From: Podarcis gaigeae
Taxonomy: Eukaryota
Strand: one strand, 5' to 3'
Assembly (NCBI GenBank): GCA_964106915.2
Contig: OZ066919.1
DNA length: 64,000 nt
Shown: in pieces, positions 1 to 12,761 of the stretch
Numbering within the stretch: position 1 is the stretch's first letter
Layout: the number at the start of each line of letters is the position of its first letter
Made by a program: the position numbers and the translations under genes
Notes under the pieces: model-generated
What the model was told of the DNA's origin: nothing
The model's database searches: none
Seen by the model: the letters and a program-made list of their open reading frames with translations, nothing else

Positions 1-744
1 TTTGCAAGGTCTGCATCCATTTATGCTCCTCAATTGTTCTTTGTTGGACTATCCATTTTAAGTAGTCAATTCCTTTTAAAGAGTTTACCCCAGCACTACC
101 ATTGTCTTCTCAGGCAACCTGAAGTTCACTTGGATTTTTTGGTGGTGTTATTAAACTTGACTTCTGGCTTTAAACTAGGAATGAGGAACCTCTAGCTCTC
201 CAGTTCTTTTCTTTTTGAAAACAATTCCCTCCATACTTGAACAATCTGGTTGGAACATACATGTGTTGGAGTTGTATCTTCTGAACACCTTGTTTTTATG
301 GTTGTAAGTTGTTACAGATTATTTTTAATGGTTTTTTTTAAAATCTGTAACCTGTCCTGGGACCTGAAGCTGAAGGTGGATAAAAATAATAAAACGAAAA
401 ATGAAAACTAAGATTGGAAGATCTGCCCCCTGCCCTAAGTCCAACACACCACCCACCAGCAACAGGTTAAGTCATCGAAGTCACCAAGAAGTAAAGTGGC
501 AGAATACTCTACCTTGGAAATTATCTGGTATTATCTACCTGTACATCTTCAGATGTTGCTATTTGGAGATGCGGATGTCCTTGGGCAACATGGTCTCAGC
601 AGGCCTCTGTCTCTGAATGGACACCCTTCTTCTCACTACTGTTGTCTCTCTTGGCTTGCTCACTCTGAGAGGGCAGCTGAACAGTTGGCAGTAGCACAGA
701 GGATGGGCAGCCAGGCCAGAATGCTTCAGGGAATGGCAGTAGGC

Positions 745-877
745 TAAGGGAACCAGATTTTTTTCAGTGAATCCAGGGACACTTTTCAACTTCCTATTAA
801 ATAGATGGATTTTGTCAGGGGACTGATTCGTAAATATGGGGACTGTCCCCGGGAAACGGGGACATCTGGTAACCTTG
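745..877. mobile_element. hAT (Blackjack-like) MITE
   Basis: Termini taagggaaccaga...tctggtaaccttg are imperfect TIRs; internal gggac motifs; exact 8-bp TSD cagtaggc at 737-744 and 878-885. Confidence 0.75.
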
Positions 878-1750
878 CAGTAGGCTCCTTCTTGGGATGT
901 GGACCTCCACAGTTCCCCAGTGATGTCAAACTCTGGCACCACACTTCCCTTCAGAAAAAATACATTAGCATGGTCTGTATTGTTGGCACTCGCTTTAGAT
1001 TATTAAGGCAAGGTTTAATGAGCTGGCCTTTGCAACCTATTTGCACAGTGGAGGTTTTTTCCTTTCCCTGCACAGGAAAAGAAAACTTTGTTAGGACATC
1101 ACAGGTCCTGAAGATGAATGAGCAGCAAGCATGATATTTGATTCCCACACAGACACTTCTTTTGATGCTGCTAATTCTCTGAATAAAAAGTGATCTTGTT
1201 CTCCCCTCATCTCATTTAGTAGCCTGCTCATCTAACTAGAAAGAGGAAGAGAAGGATTCCTTAGCACTCCAGAAGCCTGAGAACTTTTCTTCTTCACTCA
1301 AGTCTGGCAACTTGTTGAGCGGGTCAGCATTTTTTTTGTGGGTGTCACAGTTTTCCGAAATGTCAGAAGTAACTGCTCAGCTTATGGGCTAATTTCAGCA
1401 GCTTCTCAATTCGCTTTGAGTTGATGGATGATTTCAATAGCATGGCGTTAGCTAAGTACTTTGTGGAGTTCAGAACTAATTCTAAGAAAACATTTTAAGA
1501 TAGATTTCCATATCATTGCCAGTTCCCTAGCTTCACTCCCAGACATGCAGTTGCCTATGAGCTTATAACTTGTGCATGTGGTTATCATTTTTTTGTTGAA
1601 TCATAACCCAAACTGCAGTAAACAAGGGCAGTTGAAAAAGGCAAGTAAAAATATGATTCCTGGTCTTCAAAATTATTAGAGAGAAGGGGGTGAAAATTAA
1701 AGGGGAGATAGGTGGAAACCTTTAAAAATAGAATTCATATAAATTACATT

Positions 1751-1860
1751 GCAGGGCTGGTGTCCTCCAGATGCAATGGACTACAACTCCCATCAGCCTC
1801 AGCAAGCATGCTCATTGGTCAGGGATGATAGGAATTGTAGTCAGGTACCACATTGGCTGC
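1751..1860. mobile_element. degenerate palindromic hAT-type MITE (ctacaactcccatc family)
   Basis: ctccagatg...gactacaactcccatc...gggatgataggaattgtagtc inverted arms; same family as 4310 and 53879. Confidence 0.55.
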
Positions 1861-3070
1861 TCTTATATTGGCAATATAACTGTGCAAGGAAACGTGTTTT
1901 CTCACGTTATTTTTATGACCTAGCAAAGGAAAAGGATAGCCCCAATAGTAAAAAAAATCACAATCTTGTTTCTGTGCTACTTTGAGCATCTTCTCAATTC
2001 TCAGTGAATAGTGAATTTCTCCATTGACTCTATTTTTATGTAGCTGTTTGGTTCTTCTTTCATTACGGTGAAAACACAGTGGAAGGTAAGATGTGTCACA
2101 CATTAAATCCTGGACACGTAGCCCCTGTAAACTGGCTGACTTTGTCAAAGCTCTGCAAACCATATATAGCCTCCTCCGGACTCTTCAGAGGAAGACACCA
2201 GTAAAGCCAATAATATTGGGTGATACCCAGTGCTGCTCATACTCAGAGTAGACTCGGTTGGATATCACCCACCAACTCAAAAAAGCGAATAAGGATTAGT
2301 TACAAAATGACAGTAATGCTATTCAGTCTTGATTCAGCAAAGGTGATTTGTTTGTGTGCATATCTTATGCAAAATGATGTTATGCAAGGTCATCAGTAAT
2401 CAGAGTTGTGTGTAAACGGCCTCTTGGAATTCTCCACCTGATTTTTGGGCAGAGGAATTACAAGTGGCAGCAGCAACAATTGTGTTGGCAGTCTGGCCAC
2501 AGTTTTGACCAGGTTGGCCACTGCTCAGTGGTCCTACCCAATGGTATCACTTTATCACCCTTCTCACTGGGCTCCTGGGGTCCCTTTTTAGCATGGGGTG
2601 GGGTGTGTGGAACCACTTTTGAATGGGAGTTGGCACTGGCCGACAACTATTTTAATTTACCAACAATGCAGTCCCAGGGCCCATAGATCTAGTCAATCTT
2701 GTTCAAAAGTGGCACTGCTCCCCCATCCATTGCTAAAGTCCCAGCTAGGAGGTCAGTAAGTGTTTGCTGCTGCTGCTGCTGCTGCTGCTGTCATCATGGT
2801 GGCAACAGAACAAAGCATGACCATAGGGGAATAAGGAGAGAGTGTTTGGTGTGCTTATTGTTGGAGGTGGGGGCGGTCAGGACAGGAGCTCTTTTCCCTA
2901 AGGCTAACTGTAGCACCACATGTGTGTATGTTGGTTTTTATTGGAAACACAGCTGGGAAGGCATAAATCTCCTAGCACCCTGTGCTTCTGCTGAAAACCA
3001 CCCCTCGCAAGACTAGAATTACATAAATTCATCCCCTGACACAGCGGAAATCTAGGCAATCATAATAATA

Positions 3071-3312
3071 CAGTGGTACCTTGGGTTACAGACGCTTCAG
3101 GTTACATATGCTTCAGGTTACAGACTCTGCTAACCCAGAAATAGTACCTCGGGTTAAGAACTTTGCTTCAGGATGAGAACAGAAATCATGCTCCAGCGGC
3201 ACGGCAGCAGCGGGAGGCCCCGTTAGCTAAAGTGGTACCTCAGGTTAAGAACAGTTTCAGGTTAAGAACGGACCTCCAGAACGAATTAAGTTCTTAACCC
3301 GAGGTACCACTG
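3071..3312 (+). mobile_element. Tc1/mariner-superfamily (Tigger/pogo-like) MITE
   Basis: TIRs cagtggtacct...aggtaccactg flanked by TA on both sides; near-identical copies at 41308 and 59375. Confidence 0.85.
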
Positions 3313-4309
3313 TATGTTGTTTCAGGGTTATGTATGGAAAACAGCAATGGACCTAGACAAAACTCAGGGAATTGCATTTACTCCGTGTTGATTGCCCTTC
3401 CCCACCCACTTCCTGGCCACATCTTAACTAAAGGAAATGCCTGATAGTATTTTTTCCTTTATGCGCAAAATCACATTTTTTCTGCTTCCTTGTTTTAGTT
3501 TCTTCAGGTTATAATTGGCAGCATGGTAGGACAAATGTCACTCGACATCAATTAATCCAAAACAAGGATCTAGCAAAGGTGATTTACCTATTAGAAATAT
3601 TCAACCATAGGGCAAAATGCAGAGAAGCCAAGTCCGTCTCTGCCCAGCAAAACACTGAACGCACCCAGGACCAATTCTGTTCTGTAGTTATTCTGTAAAC
3701 GTGTTAACAGATAATGTCACATATAGGTGTGTGGCAGTAAGTATGAATTACTAGTTGATTAAAAACATGTGTGCCGAATCTCTCTCTCAAATGGGCCTAG
3801 TATACTAGTAGAGACTTGTGCATTTTCTGGATGTGATAATCGCTGATTCTAAAGGCTACTGTCTATTTTGATTGAGTAAGTGTGCTTTTCAAATGCTGTG
3901 AAAATAAAATAAAAGTCTATGCAAAAGTTGGTTTCTCTTGCTTCATCTCAACAACCATTACTTGGGTTTTTGATCTGTTGCTCCTCACCAGTTTGGACAC
4001 TATGAATTCTAGGCACTGATAGAAAACTCAGGTTGCATGAGTTAGGACACTTGGCTGGCAAAGCAGCAATACAATTAAAGCATCAAATTGCATGGAACAT
4101 GTAAAGTCTATCACAGCAAGCAAGTCTCTAGAATCGCAGTGACTCCAAGCCAACCAGAGGCAACCAAAGAAATGTGCAGGTAATAACACTAAACTGCTGG
4201 AGGTCAGTTAAATTGCTCTAGCAAACGGTGCTTCCTTCTCAAGCCACTGATAGAGAACATGAGCAACTAACAAGCATTGGATAGGATAAGAACATTAGTT
4301 GTCCTACAT

Positions 4310-4438
4310 TAGGGTTTCCCAAACTTGGGTCTCCAGCTATTGTTGGGCTACAACTCCCATCATCCCTACGTACCAGGACCAATTGACAGGGATGATGGGA
4401 GTTGTAGTCTAAAAACAGCTGGAGACTCAAGTTTGGGA
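4310..4438. mobile_element. palindromic hAT-type MITE running into an assembly gap
   Basis: tcccaaacttgggtctccagct...agctggagactcaagtttggga near-perfect inverted repeat. Confidence 0.7.
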
Positions 4439-4932
4439 NNNNNNNNNNNNNNNNNNNNNNNNNNNNNNNNNNNNNNNNNNNNNNNNNNNNNNNNNNNNNN
4501 NNNNNNNNNNNNNNNNNNNNNNNNNNNNNNNNNNNNNNNNNNNNNNNNNNNNNNNNNNNNNNNNNNNNNNNNNNNNNNNNNNNNNNNNNNNNNNNNNNNN
4601 NNNNNNNNNNNNNNNNNNNNNNNNNNNNNNNNNNNNNNNNNNNNNNNNNNNNNNNNNNNNNNNNNNNNNNNNNNNNNNNNNNNNNNNNNNNNNNNNNNNN
4701 NNNNNNNNNNNNNNNNNNNNNNNNNNNNNNNNNNNNNNNNNNNNNNNNNNNNNNNNNNNNNNNNNNNNNNNNNNNNNNNNNNNNNNNNNNNNNNNNNNNN
4801 NNNNNNNNNNNNNNNNNNNNNNNNNNNNNNNNNNNNNNNNNNNNNNNNNNNNNNNNNNNNNNNNNNNNNNNNNNNNNNNNNNNNNNNNNNNNNNNNNNNN
4901 NNNNNNNNNNNNNNNNNNNNNNNNNNNNNNNN
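4439..4932. other. assembly gap (N run)
   Basis: Ns in sequence. Confidence 1.
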
Positions 4933-5508
4933 TCTCTCTGAGCAGTTTATGCACAGCCCCCAGGCTCCTATACTTTCCCTATCTCTCCTCCATAAAGGCT
5001 TTGACGATGATATCAGAACTGGCACTTTCATTTTTAATCAATCATAGTTTTAACATTACATCCAATTAATAAACTGCGAGTAATCTGCATCACAGTTTAT
5101 TGATGCAAACAGTCTGAATGATTTGAAGTAGGTTTGCCCATAGTTAGGCTCATCACAGCTCGTTTAGGTTTGGACATCCTGCTAAACTATGTTTCGCTAA
5201 AAAGTGAAAGTTTCTGATCTCCTTGCAGCCATGGTAGAGAAGGAAAGGGAAGAGGGAAGAGCATGAGTCCAAGGTTTGTTCATGGGATGATAAGCCATAG
5301 CACACATTGAAGGGGGCCTACAGTGGACCACCAGGAAAATGATTTGTAGTATTCCATTGCATGTGCCTATTTTTTACAAAACAAAACAAAACTGATGATT
5401 TTATTTGCTAGTAAGAAAAGTAGCTTAGCAAATATCAGGTAGCCTGAGTTGTGTGATTGCCCTCCAGACAGACAGGATTGTACTCTATGATTTGATCCTG
5501 GTCTGCAA

Positions 5509-5901
5509 AAAGAAAAAAAGGGGGGGGGGGTAAATGACTCCTGCATGGTTAAGTCTAGTCAATGGCAATTATGGGGTTGCAGCACTCATGTCGCTTCAGG
5601 CCGAGGGAGCCGGTGTTTATCCACAGACAGGTTTTCCAGATCATGTGGTCAGCATGACTAAACCACTTCTGGTGCAACGGGACACCATGACGGAAGTCAG
5701 AGTGCATGGAAATGTCATTTACCTTCCCACCACAGTGGTACCTTTTTATTTACTTGCTCTAGTGTGCTTTCAAACTGCTAGGTTGGCAGAAGCTGGGAAA
5801 GAGCAATGGGAGCTCATTCCGTCGTGGGGATTCTACCTTCCGATCGGCAAGCCCAAGAGGCTCAATGGTTTAGACCACAGCAGCACCTGTTCCCTCCATG
5901 C
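5509..5901 (-). mobile_element. Sauria SINE (Squam1)
   Basis: Reverse complement of the Sauria SINE body (gcttcaggccgagggagccgg, aaactgctaggttggcag, tRNA-like head near 5890); flanked by a 27-bp direct repeat at 5482-5508 and 5902-5928. Confidence 0.85.
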
Positions 5902-6139
5902 ACTCTATGATTTGGTCCTGGTCTGCAATAGTGGTCTAGAGGACAGGCTCAAACCATAGTTTGCCAGTTCAGATGTGATGGAAACAATGGTTTGAACTTA
6001 GGAGGAAGTGACTTATTAGAACTGAGCAGGCAATGAAAGAAGGGAGGCAAGGAAGGGGGTGGGAGATGTGAGCCTAGAGCACATTTTCAGTCTGCCAGAC
6101 CTTGGATGTGGTGTGGAGGTCAGGAACGGTACATCTTTT

Positions 6140-6272
6140 AGACTTTTAGAAGACATCTGAAGGCAGCCCTGTTTAGCTTTTAATGTTTGATGCATTACTG
6201 TATTTTAAAATTTTGTTGGAAGCCGCCCAGAGTGGTTGGAGAGGCCCGGCCAGGTGGGGGGGGGTTAATAAA

Positions 6273-6320
<48 letters not shown>

Positions 6321-6338
6321 CATTATTATTATTATTAT
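6140..6338 (+). mobile_element. L2 LINE 3' end with (ATT)n tail
   Basis: agacatctgaaggcagccctgtttag...gaagccgcccagagtgg...(att)n, matching the longer L2 at 17953. Confidence 0.75.
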
Positions 6339-7124
6339 CTGGGTTCAAACTGCCAATTAGTGCTGCTCTTCAAATTAATTTCCTTTCAAATGAATAAAGG
6401 ACACAAGAAGTTCTTGGGATTTTTAATTTTTTAAAAAACCAAATGCCCAGACAGGCATTTAATGGAAACTTGCAGCAGAAGGCTCCTTTGTGGAGCAGCT
6501 GAACATACATATTACAGGGATTCTTGCGGCAGAGCAACTGGCAGCCAATGCAATACTTCCTTGTTGCTTCTGCCCTGCTCGAAAAACTGATACCCTTGTC
6601 TGTGCAATGATATTAATCAGATATGAATAGCGAAGGCATTTCATTTGCTATTGATCTACTCCTAATCAGAAATCAAAGTGAACCTTATCCCGTGACAAAG
6701 TGTAATTATCTATTTTGTTAATTACTATAATTATCTTCCCCACATTTATTTTGACAGCAGTGTCAGCAGCAGAAAACTATTTCCTCAAATTGCTTCATGC
6801 CAATTATGAATTACAAATTCATACAATTTTGACAAATGATTTTCGTACTCCATCTTTGCACAGGCTTGGGGGGGGGGGGAACACCCTCTTTGAAACAGTC
6901 ATCAAAATGTTTTTGTCCCTGGAAAATATGTGTTAGGAAAGGTCCTATTAAAATGGTTACATATACTGTGTATTAACAGGCCGGGTCGGGACGGAACGGG
7001 GGAATCCACATAAACTAAATATAAATTATCTCATGCTGAATATAAGCAAGTAGGAAGGATAAGGGAGGGGAGGTATTTAGGTAAGCTTTTAATATTTGAT
7101 GATTTATTGTATTTTAATATTGAC

Positions 7125-7346
7125 ATCTTTCCGCAGGGCCTGCAAGACAGAGCTGTTCCACCAGGCCTTTGGCCAAGGCACAGTCTGACAGTTGGTAATC
7201 CTCATAGAACTCTAGCCCAATGGTTGCTATTAATTTGATTTTGAATTGATTTTAGAATGAATTGATTTTAGAATGCTGTGTTACTTTTATTGTTGTTAGC
7301 CGCTCTGAGCCCGGCTTCGGCTGGGGAGGGCGGGATATAAATAATA

Positions 7347-7381
<35 letters not shown>

Positions 7382-7500
7382 ATTATTATTATTAATTATT
7401 ATTTTGCTGGACGCTACCCAGAGTGGCTGGGGAAACCCAGCCAGATGGGTGGGGTATAAATAATAATAATCATTATCATCATCATCATCGTCATCGTCAT
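7125..7500 (+). mobile_element. two adjacent L2-type 3' tails
   Basis: ttccgcagggcctgcaagacagagctgttcc...gttagccgctctgagccc...(att)n, followed by cccagagtggctggggaaacccagccagatggg...(atc)n. Confidence 0.65.
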
Positions 7501-7667
7501 CCACTGGTTATCCCCAACCTGCATATCTTTTCATGCTGTACTTCTAAGCATCTTGTAAGATGGCAGCATTGTTTTGCAGGAGATAAAACAGAAGTACTTT
7601 GGGGACGTCCTGGTCTTTACCTTTTGAAATATGGTAACCCTAGCTCAAAGTATGGCTAAATCTGAAT

Positions 7668-8179
7668 TAGGGATGGGGAGAAACTTAGTTTAGTTCACAT
7701 TTAAAGGCAAACTTATCTAATTTGCACTTTCTGAAACAGGATGCACAGTGAAACATAGCTATCCTTAGAAATTCACACTTTCTCAAATTTTGCAAGCAGC
7801 AGCAACAACCAATGGTTTTATTATTTATGACCCGCCCACTCTGGGCAGCTTCCAACACATAAAAAACACCAAAAACATTTGTGTACAATGTGTACAAAAA
7901 TGAACAAACCAGAGTAAAATGTGCAATAAAATGCATGTAGCAAAAATAACACACCAAAATGCATTAGGGAACATTGCTTTGCAAAAAGATATGCACTAGG
8001 CACATTAGTTATATTAGGCAAATCTGCATGCGATTTTGGGAGAAGTTCACTCTAAAATCCTGATGAATTTTCATGAGGACTTAATAATAATAACTGCAGA
8101 CTAATGTGATGAGCTGAACTTCATATTGGAAAAATGAGAAACAAAGAGAAAGTAAAATTAACCAATTCACCAACCCCTA
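7668..8179. mobile_element. hAT-type non-autonomous element (TAGGGATG family) with a short nested L2 tail
   Basis: Termini tagggatggg...caaccccta; degenerate 8-bp TSD atctgaat/gactgaat; related copies at 12178, 14811, 21354 and 25642. Confidence 0.65.
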
Positions 8180-8305
8180 GACTGAATCCAACTTGTTTAC
8201 TTTGAAGTAAGTGCTATTGGATTTCTCCTCCGCCCAAGGAAGCAACTAGGGATTGCAGCCTTACAGCTCCAGCAAGTTTATAGTGTGTTGGTACATTGTG
8301 TATCT

Positions 8306-8546
8306 CCTGCCAACCTAGCAGTTCGAAAGCATGTCAAAGTGCAAGTAGATAAATAGGTACCACTCTGGCGGGAAGGTAAACGATGTTTCCGTGCGTTGCT
8401 CTGATTCGCCAGAAGTGGCTTAGTCATGCTGGCCATATGATCCGGAAGCTGTACCCCGGCTCCCTCGGCCAGTAATGAGCAAGATGAGCGCTGCAACCCC
8501 AGAGTCACCCACAACTGGACCTAATGGTCAGGGGTCCCTTTACCTT
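8306..8546 (+). mobile_element. Sauria SINE, 5'-truncated
   Basis: cctgccaacctagcagttcgaaagc...ggggtccctttaccttt; exact 14-bp TSD tacattgtgtatct at 8292-8305 and 8547-8560. Confidence 0.9.
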
Positions 8547-9351
8547 TACATTGTGTATCTTTCTGTATATTTTGAAACAATTAGACACTTCTTCCTCTGC
8601 TTCAGAAGGTCTCAGAATCATGCGCCTACTCATGTCAGTCTCTTGCCTCAATATTCATATCACCAAGAAGAGACAACTTGTGTGAAACTGCTTCATGTAG
8701 ACAAATAGGCCCATGGAGAAGATGTCCAGGGTTATGAGTTTCATCTGCTGTTTTATATCTGTGGGTTTTTTTGTGGCCTCGATTTGCATCCTGCTCCTTA
8801 TTGCTTTTCATGAAGAGCATGAAAAGGCAGGGATGGGTGGTGGTGGGAGAAGCAACAAAGTGAAATGTTAATCCTCAACTAGCAACTGTGTACATGCCAC
8901 CTAAGCACATCCGGTATCAATCTTTAGCTCTCCTATTTCACTGGAATCACTCAATAACTAATGCTCCAATTCAAATGGAAACTCAATCTTCAGAACATGG
9001 AAGGAAGCAAAGATCACAGCTGTCCTTCCTCCGTGTTGGGTGAAACAGAGAAAGCATCATGTACTGTCGGCATGAAAATGTGACACGGTGACTTTACATT
9101 TTCACTGGACAAACTGGGGAAAAACTGGTGCCAGGATTAGTAGATTACATGTTTGTTTTTATCATAAAGACAGCATTCTTGTTTTGACGTTCATTTAAAC
9201 TTTAATTGAATTGTCACAGTCAGTAAATTTTTTGCATTTCATTTCCCTCTGATCTTAATGCTTTTATATAACCTTTATCTAATAAATAGCCTTTTATATT
9301 ATCTGAATCAGGGACTTTTGAGATATCAGATATCACCCCATTCTCCAGTTC

Positions 9352-9597
9352 TTTTATGTACTAAGCTTGGATCCTAGAACAATAGGCAAGTAGGATCCTA
9401 GAATGCAACAACTGATTGGCCTGCAGGAAAAGACCAATCAGGCTCCAGGAGGGAAGCAGAATCAGCCAATCAGATGGAACTCATTGTGTAAATAATGTAT
9501 ATAAAAGCCTGAGGTTTTTTGGGGGGGCAATTCAATCACTGTTTTACAAGCTGCAATAAAGAGCATGAACTCACTACAGGACTCCGAGTATATTTCA
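9352..9597 (+). mobile_element. solo LTR (LTR retrotransposon, probably Gypsy-type)
   Basis: Exact 5-bp TSD agttc (9347-9351, 9598-9602); ends in CA with short imperfect terminal inverted repeats; CCAAT boxes, then tatataaaa (~9499), then aataaa (9555), in U3-R-U5 order. Confidence 0.75.
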
Positions 9598-9621
9598 AGT
9601 TCTCTTCTCTAAACAGCTCTA

Positions 9622-9975
9622 AAGTAAAGGTAAAGAGACCCCTGACCATTAGGTCCAGTTGTGGATGACTCTGGGGTTGCGCACTCATCTCACTTTACTG
9701 GCCGAGGGAGCCGGTGTACAGCTTCCGGGCCATGTGGTCAGCATGACCAAGCCATTTCTGGTGAACCAGAGCAGCACATGGAAATGCCATTTACCTTCCC
9801 ACCGTTGCGGTACCTATTTATCTACTTGCACTTTGAGGTGCTTTCAAACTGCTAGGTTGGCACGAGCATGGACCAAGCAACAGGAGCTCACCCCGTCGTG
9901 GGGATTCGAACCGCCAACCTTCTGATTGGCAAGTCCTAGGCTCTGAGGTTTAACCCACAGTGCCACCCGTGTCCC
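9622..9975 (-). mobile_element. Sauria SINE, full length
   Basis: (aggtaa) tail at left, tRNA-like head at right; 13-bp TSD ctaaacagctcta at 9609-9621 and 9978-9990. Confidence 0.92.
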
Positions 9976-10399
9976 AGCTAAACAGCTCTACACACACGTT
10001 TATGAATGTGCACATGCCTCCTGACAATTTAGGATAACACTATGCATCTGATGAAAAGGACACTAGTCCACAAAAATCTTATGGCATTATACTTTTTCCC
10101 AGTCTCACAGGTCTCACAAGGCTCTGTTACTTTCAATTCAGTCTCTCTGGACTTGTCTCTAGTATATTAATGGAGACGTCCGGGAGACTGCACCAGCAAT
10201 GACCAAAATCTCCAGGGTATATTATCAACATTTTAGAAATCTTGGTTCTGCAAATCCTTGGTGCACCTGCTGTATCTCCTCAGTGTCTCCTCCTTCACCA
10301 CCAAAATGGAGCAAGAATGATGACGCTGGACCCAATCTTTGTATCAAATTTGCTGTCCCAAGGTATGGTGATGACCTTATGCTTAGGCAGTGCTAAAGG

Positions 10400-10640
10400 G
10401 GGATAGGCAACTTTCTTGGAAGAAAAGTTGACAAATGGCTAGTAACTACGATGGCTAGAGGCAACCTCCAGGTTAAAGAGAAGGATGGGAGTGAATTATA
10501 GTTGCTGGAGAGCAACAGTAGGAGAGTGCTGTTGCCTTGATATCCTGCTTATGGTCTTCCCATAGGAATCTGGGAATGAGGGGCAGAAAATGATGATGGA
10601 TGTGATAAGCCTCTGTTCTGATTCAGTGTAGTGTCTCATG
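10400..10640 (+). mobile_element. old CR1 LINE 3' end
   Basis: Degenerate match to the squamate CR1 3' UTR (aatggctagt...gttgctggga...cctgcttatggtcttcccatagg...tctgattcag). Confidence 0.5.
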
Positions 10641-10830
10641 TGTTAGAGATCAAGGTTGAAACCCCAGCTCAGCAATGAACCCCGCTGGGTGACCTTGCGT
10701 CCGTCACTCACTCTCAACCTGACCTACCTCACAGGACTGTTGTGAGAGTAAAATGGGGAGCAGGTGAACTACATACGCTACCTTGAGCTCCCTTTTAGGA
10801 AAGGTGGGATATAAACGTGAATTATTTTTT
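10640..10830 (+). mobile_element. MIR-like/CORE SINE
   Basis: ctgggtgaccttg...ctctcaacctgacctacctcacaggactgttgtgag...accttgagctcc...ggtgggatataaa. Confidence 0.6.
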
Positions 10831-10911
10831 AAAAAACTATGTTGTTAAGCATATGAATCCGTGCCGTTGTTTTAGCTCTTGTGGCACAAGAGAAGTCTCC
10901 GTAGTTTAATT

Positions 10912-11150
10912 ATCCACTGTGTGAAGAATGAATTTTTTGTAACCGTCCTGCATCATTCAGCTTCATTGGACAATCCCTGGCTGCCATATTATGAGCAAGG
11001 TAGAAAATCTTTTCCCTATCCGCCACGCATAATTTTATAGACCTCCGTCATGTTTTTCTGCCAACCCCCATTTACTCAACTTTTTTTTTTTCTAAACTAA
11101 AAAGCCTCTGCTGCAACCTTTCCTCATAGGGGAGTTGTCTACATCCAAGT
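10912..11150 (-). mobile_element. old CR1 LINE ORF2 fragment
   Basis: ccactgtgtgaagaa...ttcagcttcattgga...ataattttatagacctc...aacctttcctcatagggg is the reverse complement of CR1 ORF2 C-terminal sequence. Confidence 0.55.
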
Positions 11151-11579
11151 ATGTCCAACTTAATGAAGCATTGGATTGATCTGTCAGCGACAAAGTGGCG
11201 AAGGCTGCTTCATTCCTGGTGAGTTTTTATACAAAAGATGCATTTATTTCAAATGCTTTCTCCTGCCTCTTCTGAGGCTTTAGGCTAGTTTTAGAAAGAA
11301 AAAAACACACCAAGAGAGGACTCTGAATATATTACTAACATATAATGAAAGCAGTCATTTAAAAAACTCTATAAATTAATGGGATTGCAACACCATCAAA
11401 ATTAGCAGTAAGCAACAGCCACTTTCATATCAATGGCTTGCTTAAAAACTGGACTTTAAAGGACCATGATAATGATGATGATTGCCCTTTGCCGTCATAT
11501 CTCAGGTGTCAGATGCCAGGGGAAAGAGGTGCATTTTCAGTTTTTGTTGAAAGATGTATAGTGAAGAAACTCCCCCTCC

Positions 11580-11727
11580 ATTTTATCCTCACAGCAGCCC
11601 AATTTAGGTTTGATTGAGAGGTCATGACTGGGCTCAATGTTACCCAGTGAGCTTAATGGCAGAGAAGAGATTTGAACCCGAGTCTCCCTGGTCCTAGTCC
11701 AACACTCTAACCACTAAACCACCCTAG
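11580..11727 (-). mobile_element. MIR-like/CORE SINE
   Basis: tcctcacagcagccc...tacccagtgagcttaatggcagag...gatttgaacccgagtctccctggtcctagtccaacactctaaccact (tRNA B-box/A-box on the minus strand). Confidence 0.65.
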
Positions 11728-12177
11728 CAATCCATAAGCAACTCTCCAGATCTGTTTTGTGGGAAAGACTTCAGGGCTGTCAAGTGCTCTTCACACTAAG
11801 CATGGTTTGCCATGATCAGATGTAATACTTGCCCATGGTTAACACAAACCAAGCCTCACAAATTCACTTCAGGTCCTTAACAATGGTTTAGCTAGTCAGA
11901 TGTATTGGTTGCCTGAACCATGGTTAAGGGGAAATCACCTTTAAAGGCTGGTTTGCATGACACACAAAACCAAACTTCAGCTTAATGAATAAATACAAAT
12001 GTGTTGACTCCTGGGGAGGAGCTTGCAGTTTCTTCACTCCTGCCTTACCCTTCTGATGGCTGTGCTATGCTAAGCTAAACCAAGATTTGGTTTAATATGC
12101 CATTTTACCAGGGACTTGTGGTTAAGCCCTCTCCTCACTATAGCTTGTGGATAGTGAGGAGGAGGCTTGGCTAAGAG

Positions 12178-12575
12178 TAGGAATGGGGGAGAAATTCAGT
12201 TCAGTTCGCAATCGCAAACAAACTTACCTAATCAACACTTTCCCAAAGCAATACGCAAACCGCAACACAACCATCCTTCAACAGCCGCACTTCTCTGAAT
12301 CTTGCAATGTAAGCCTCCAGCCAAATAATGTGTATAAAAATGTCTACACTCAGGTAAATTGTGCACAAAAACTTGCATATTAGTGAAAATAGTGTTATAT
12401 TATGGGGAAATGCTTTGCAAAAATGTGTACGTGAGGGGAAATTCACAATGTTGATGAATTTTCATGGGGACTTTTAAAGAAAATCACAAACTGAGGAGAA
12501 AATGTGGAGAAGCGAACTTCATTTGGGAAAATGGGAAATTGTAAGAAACCAAAATGGACAGACTTTCCCATCCTG
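12178..12575. mobile_element. hAT-type non-autonomous element (TAGGGATG family)
   Basis: taggaatgggggagaaattcagttcagttc...ttcccatcctg; homologous to 7668. Confidence 0.6.
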
Positions 12576-12706
12576 TTCAGATGGCTGAGCCAAAACCTTG
12601 GTTTAGCTTTGCTTGACGCAGCAGCAAAAGCGACTCGTGTGTGCTCTTGCTAAGCCGAGGTTTGGTGTGTGGTGGTTTGTAAACCAGCTTAATGAAACAA
12701 TTTTGG

Positions 12707-12708
<2 letters not shown>

Positions 12709-12761
<53 letters not shown>

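Noticed and set aside
4325-5047. ORFs spanning N runs (also 16533, 42615, 58086)
   Set aside because: They are artefacts of assembly gaps.
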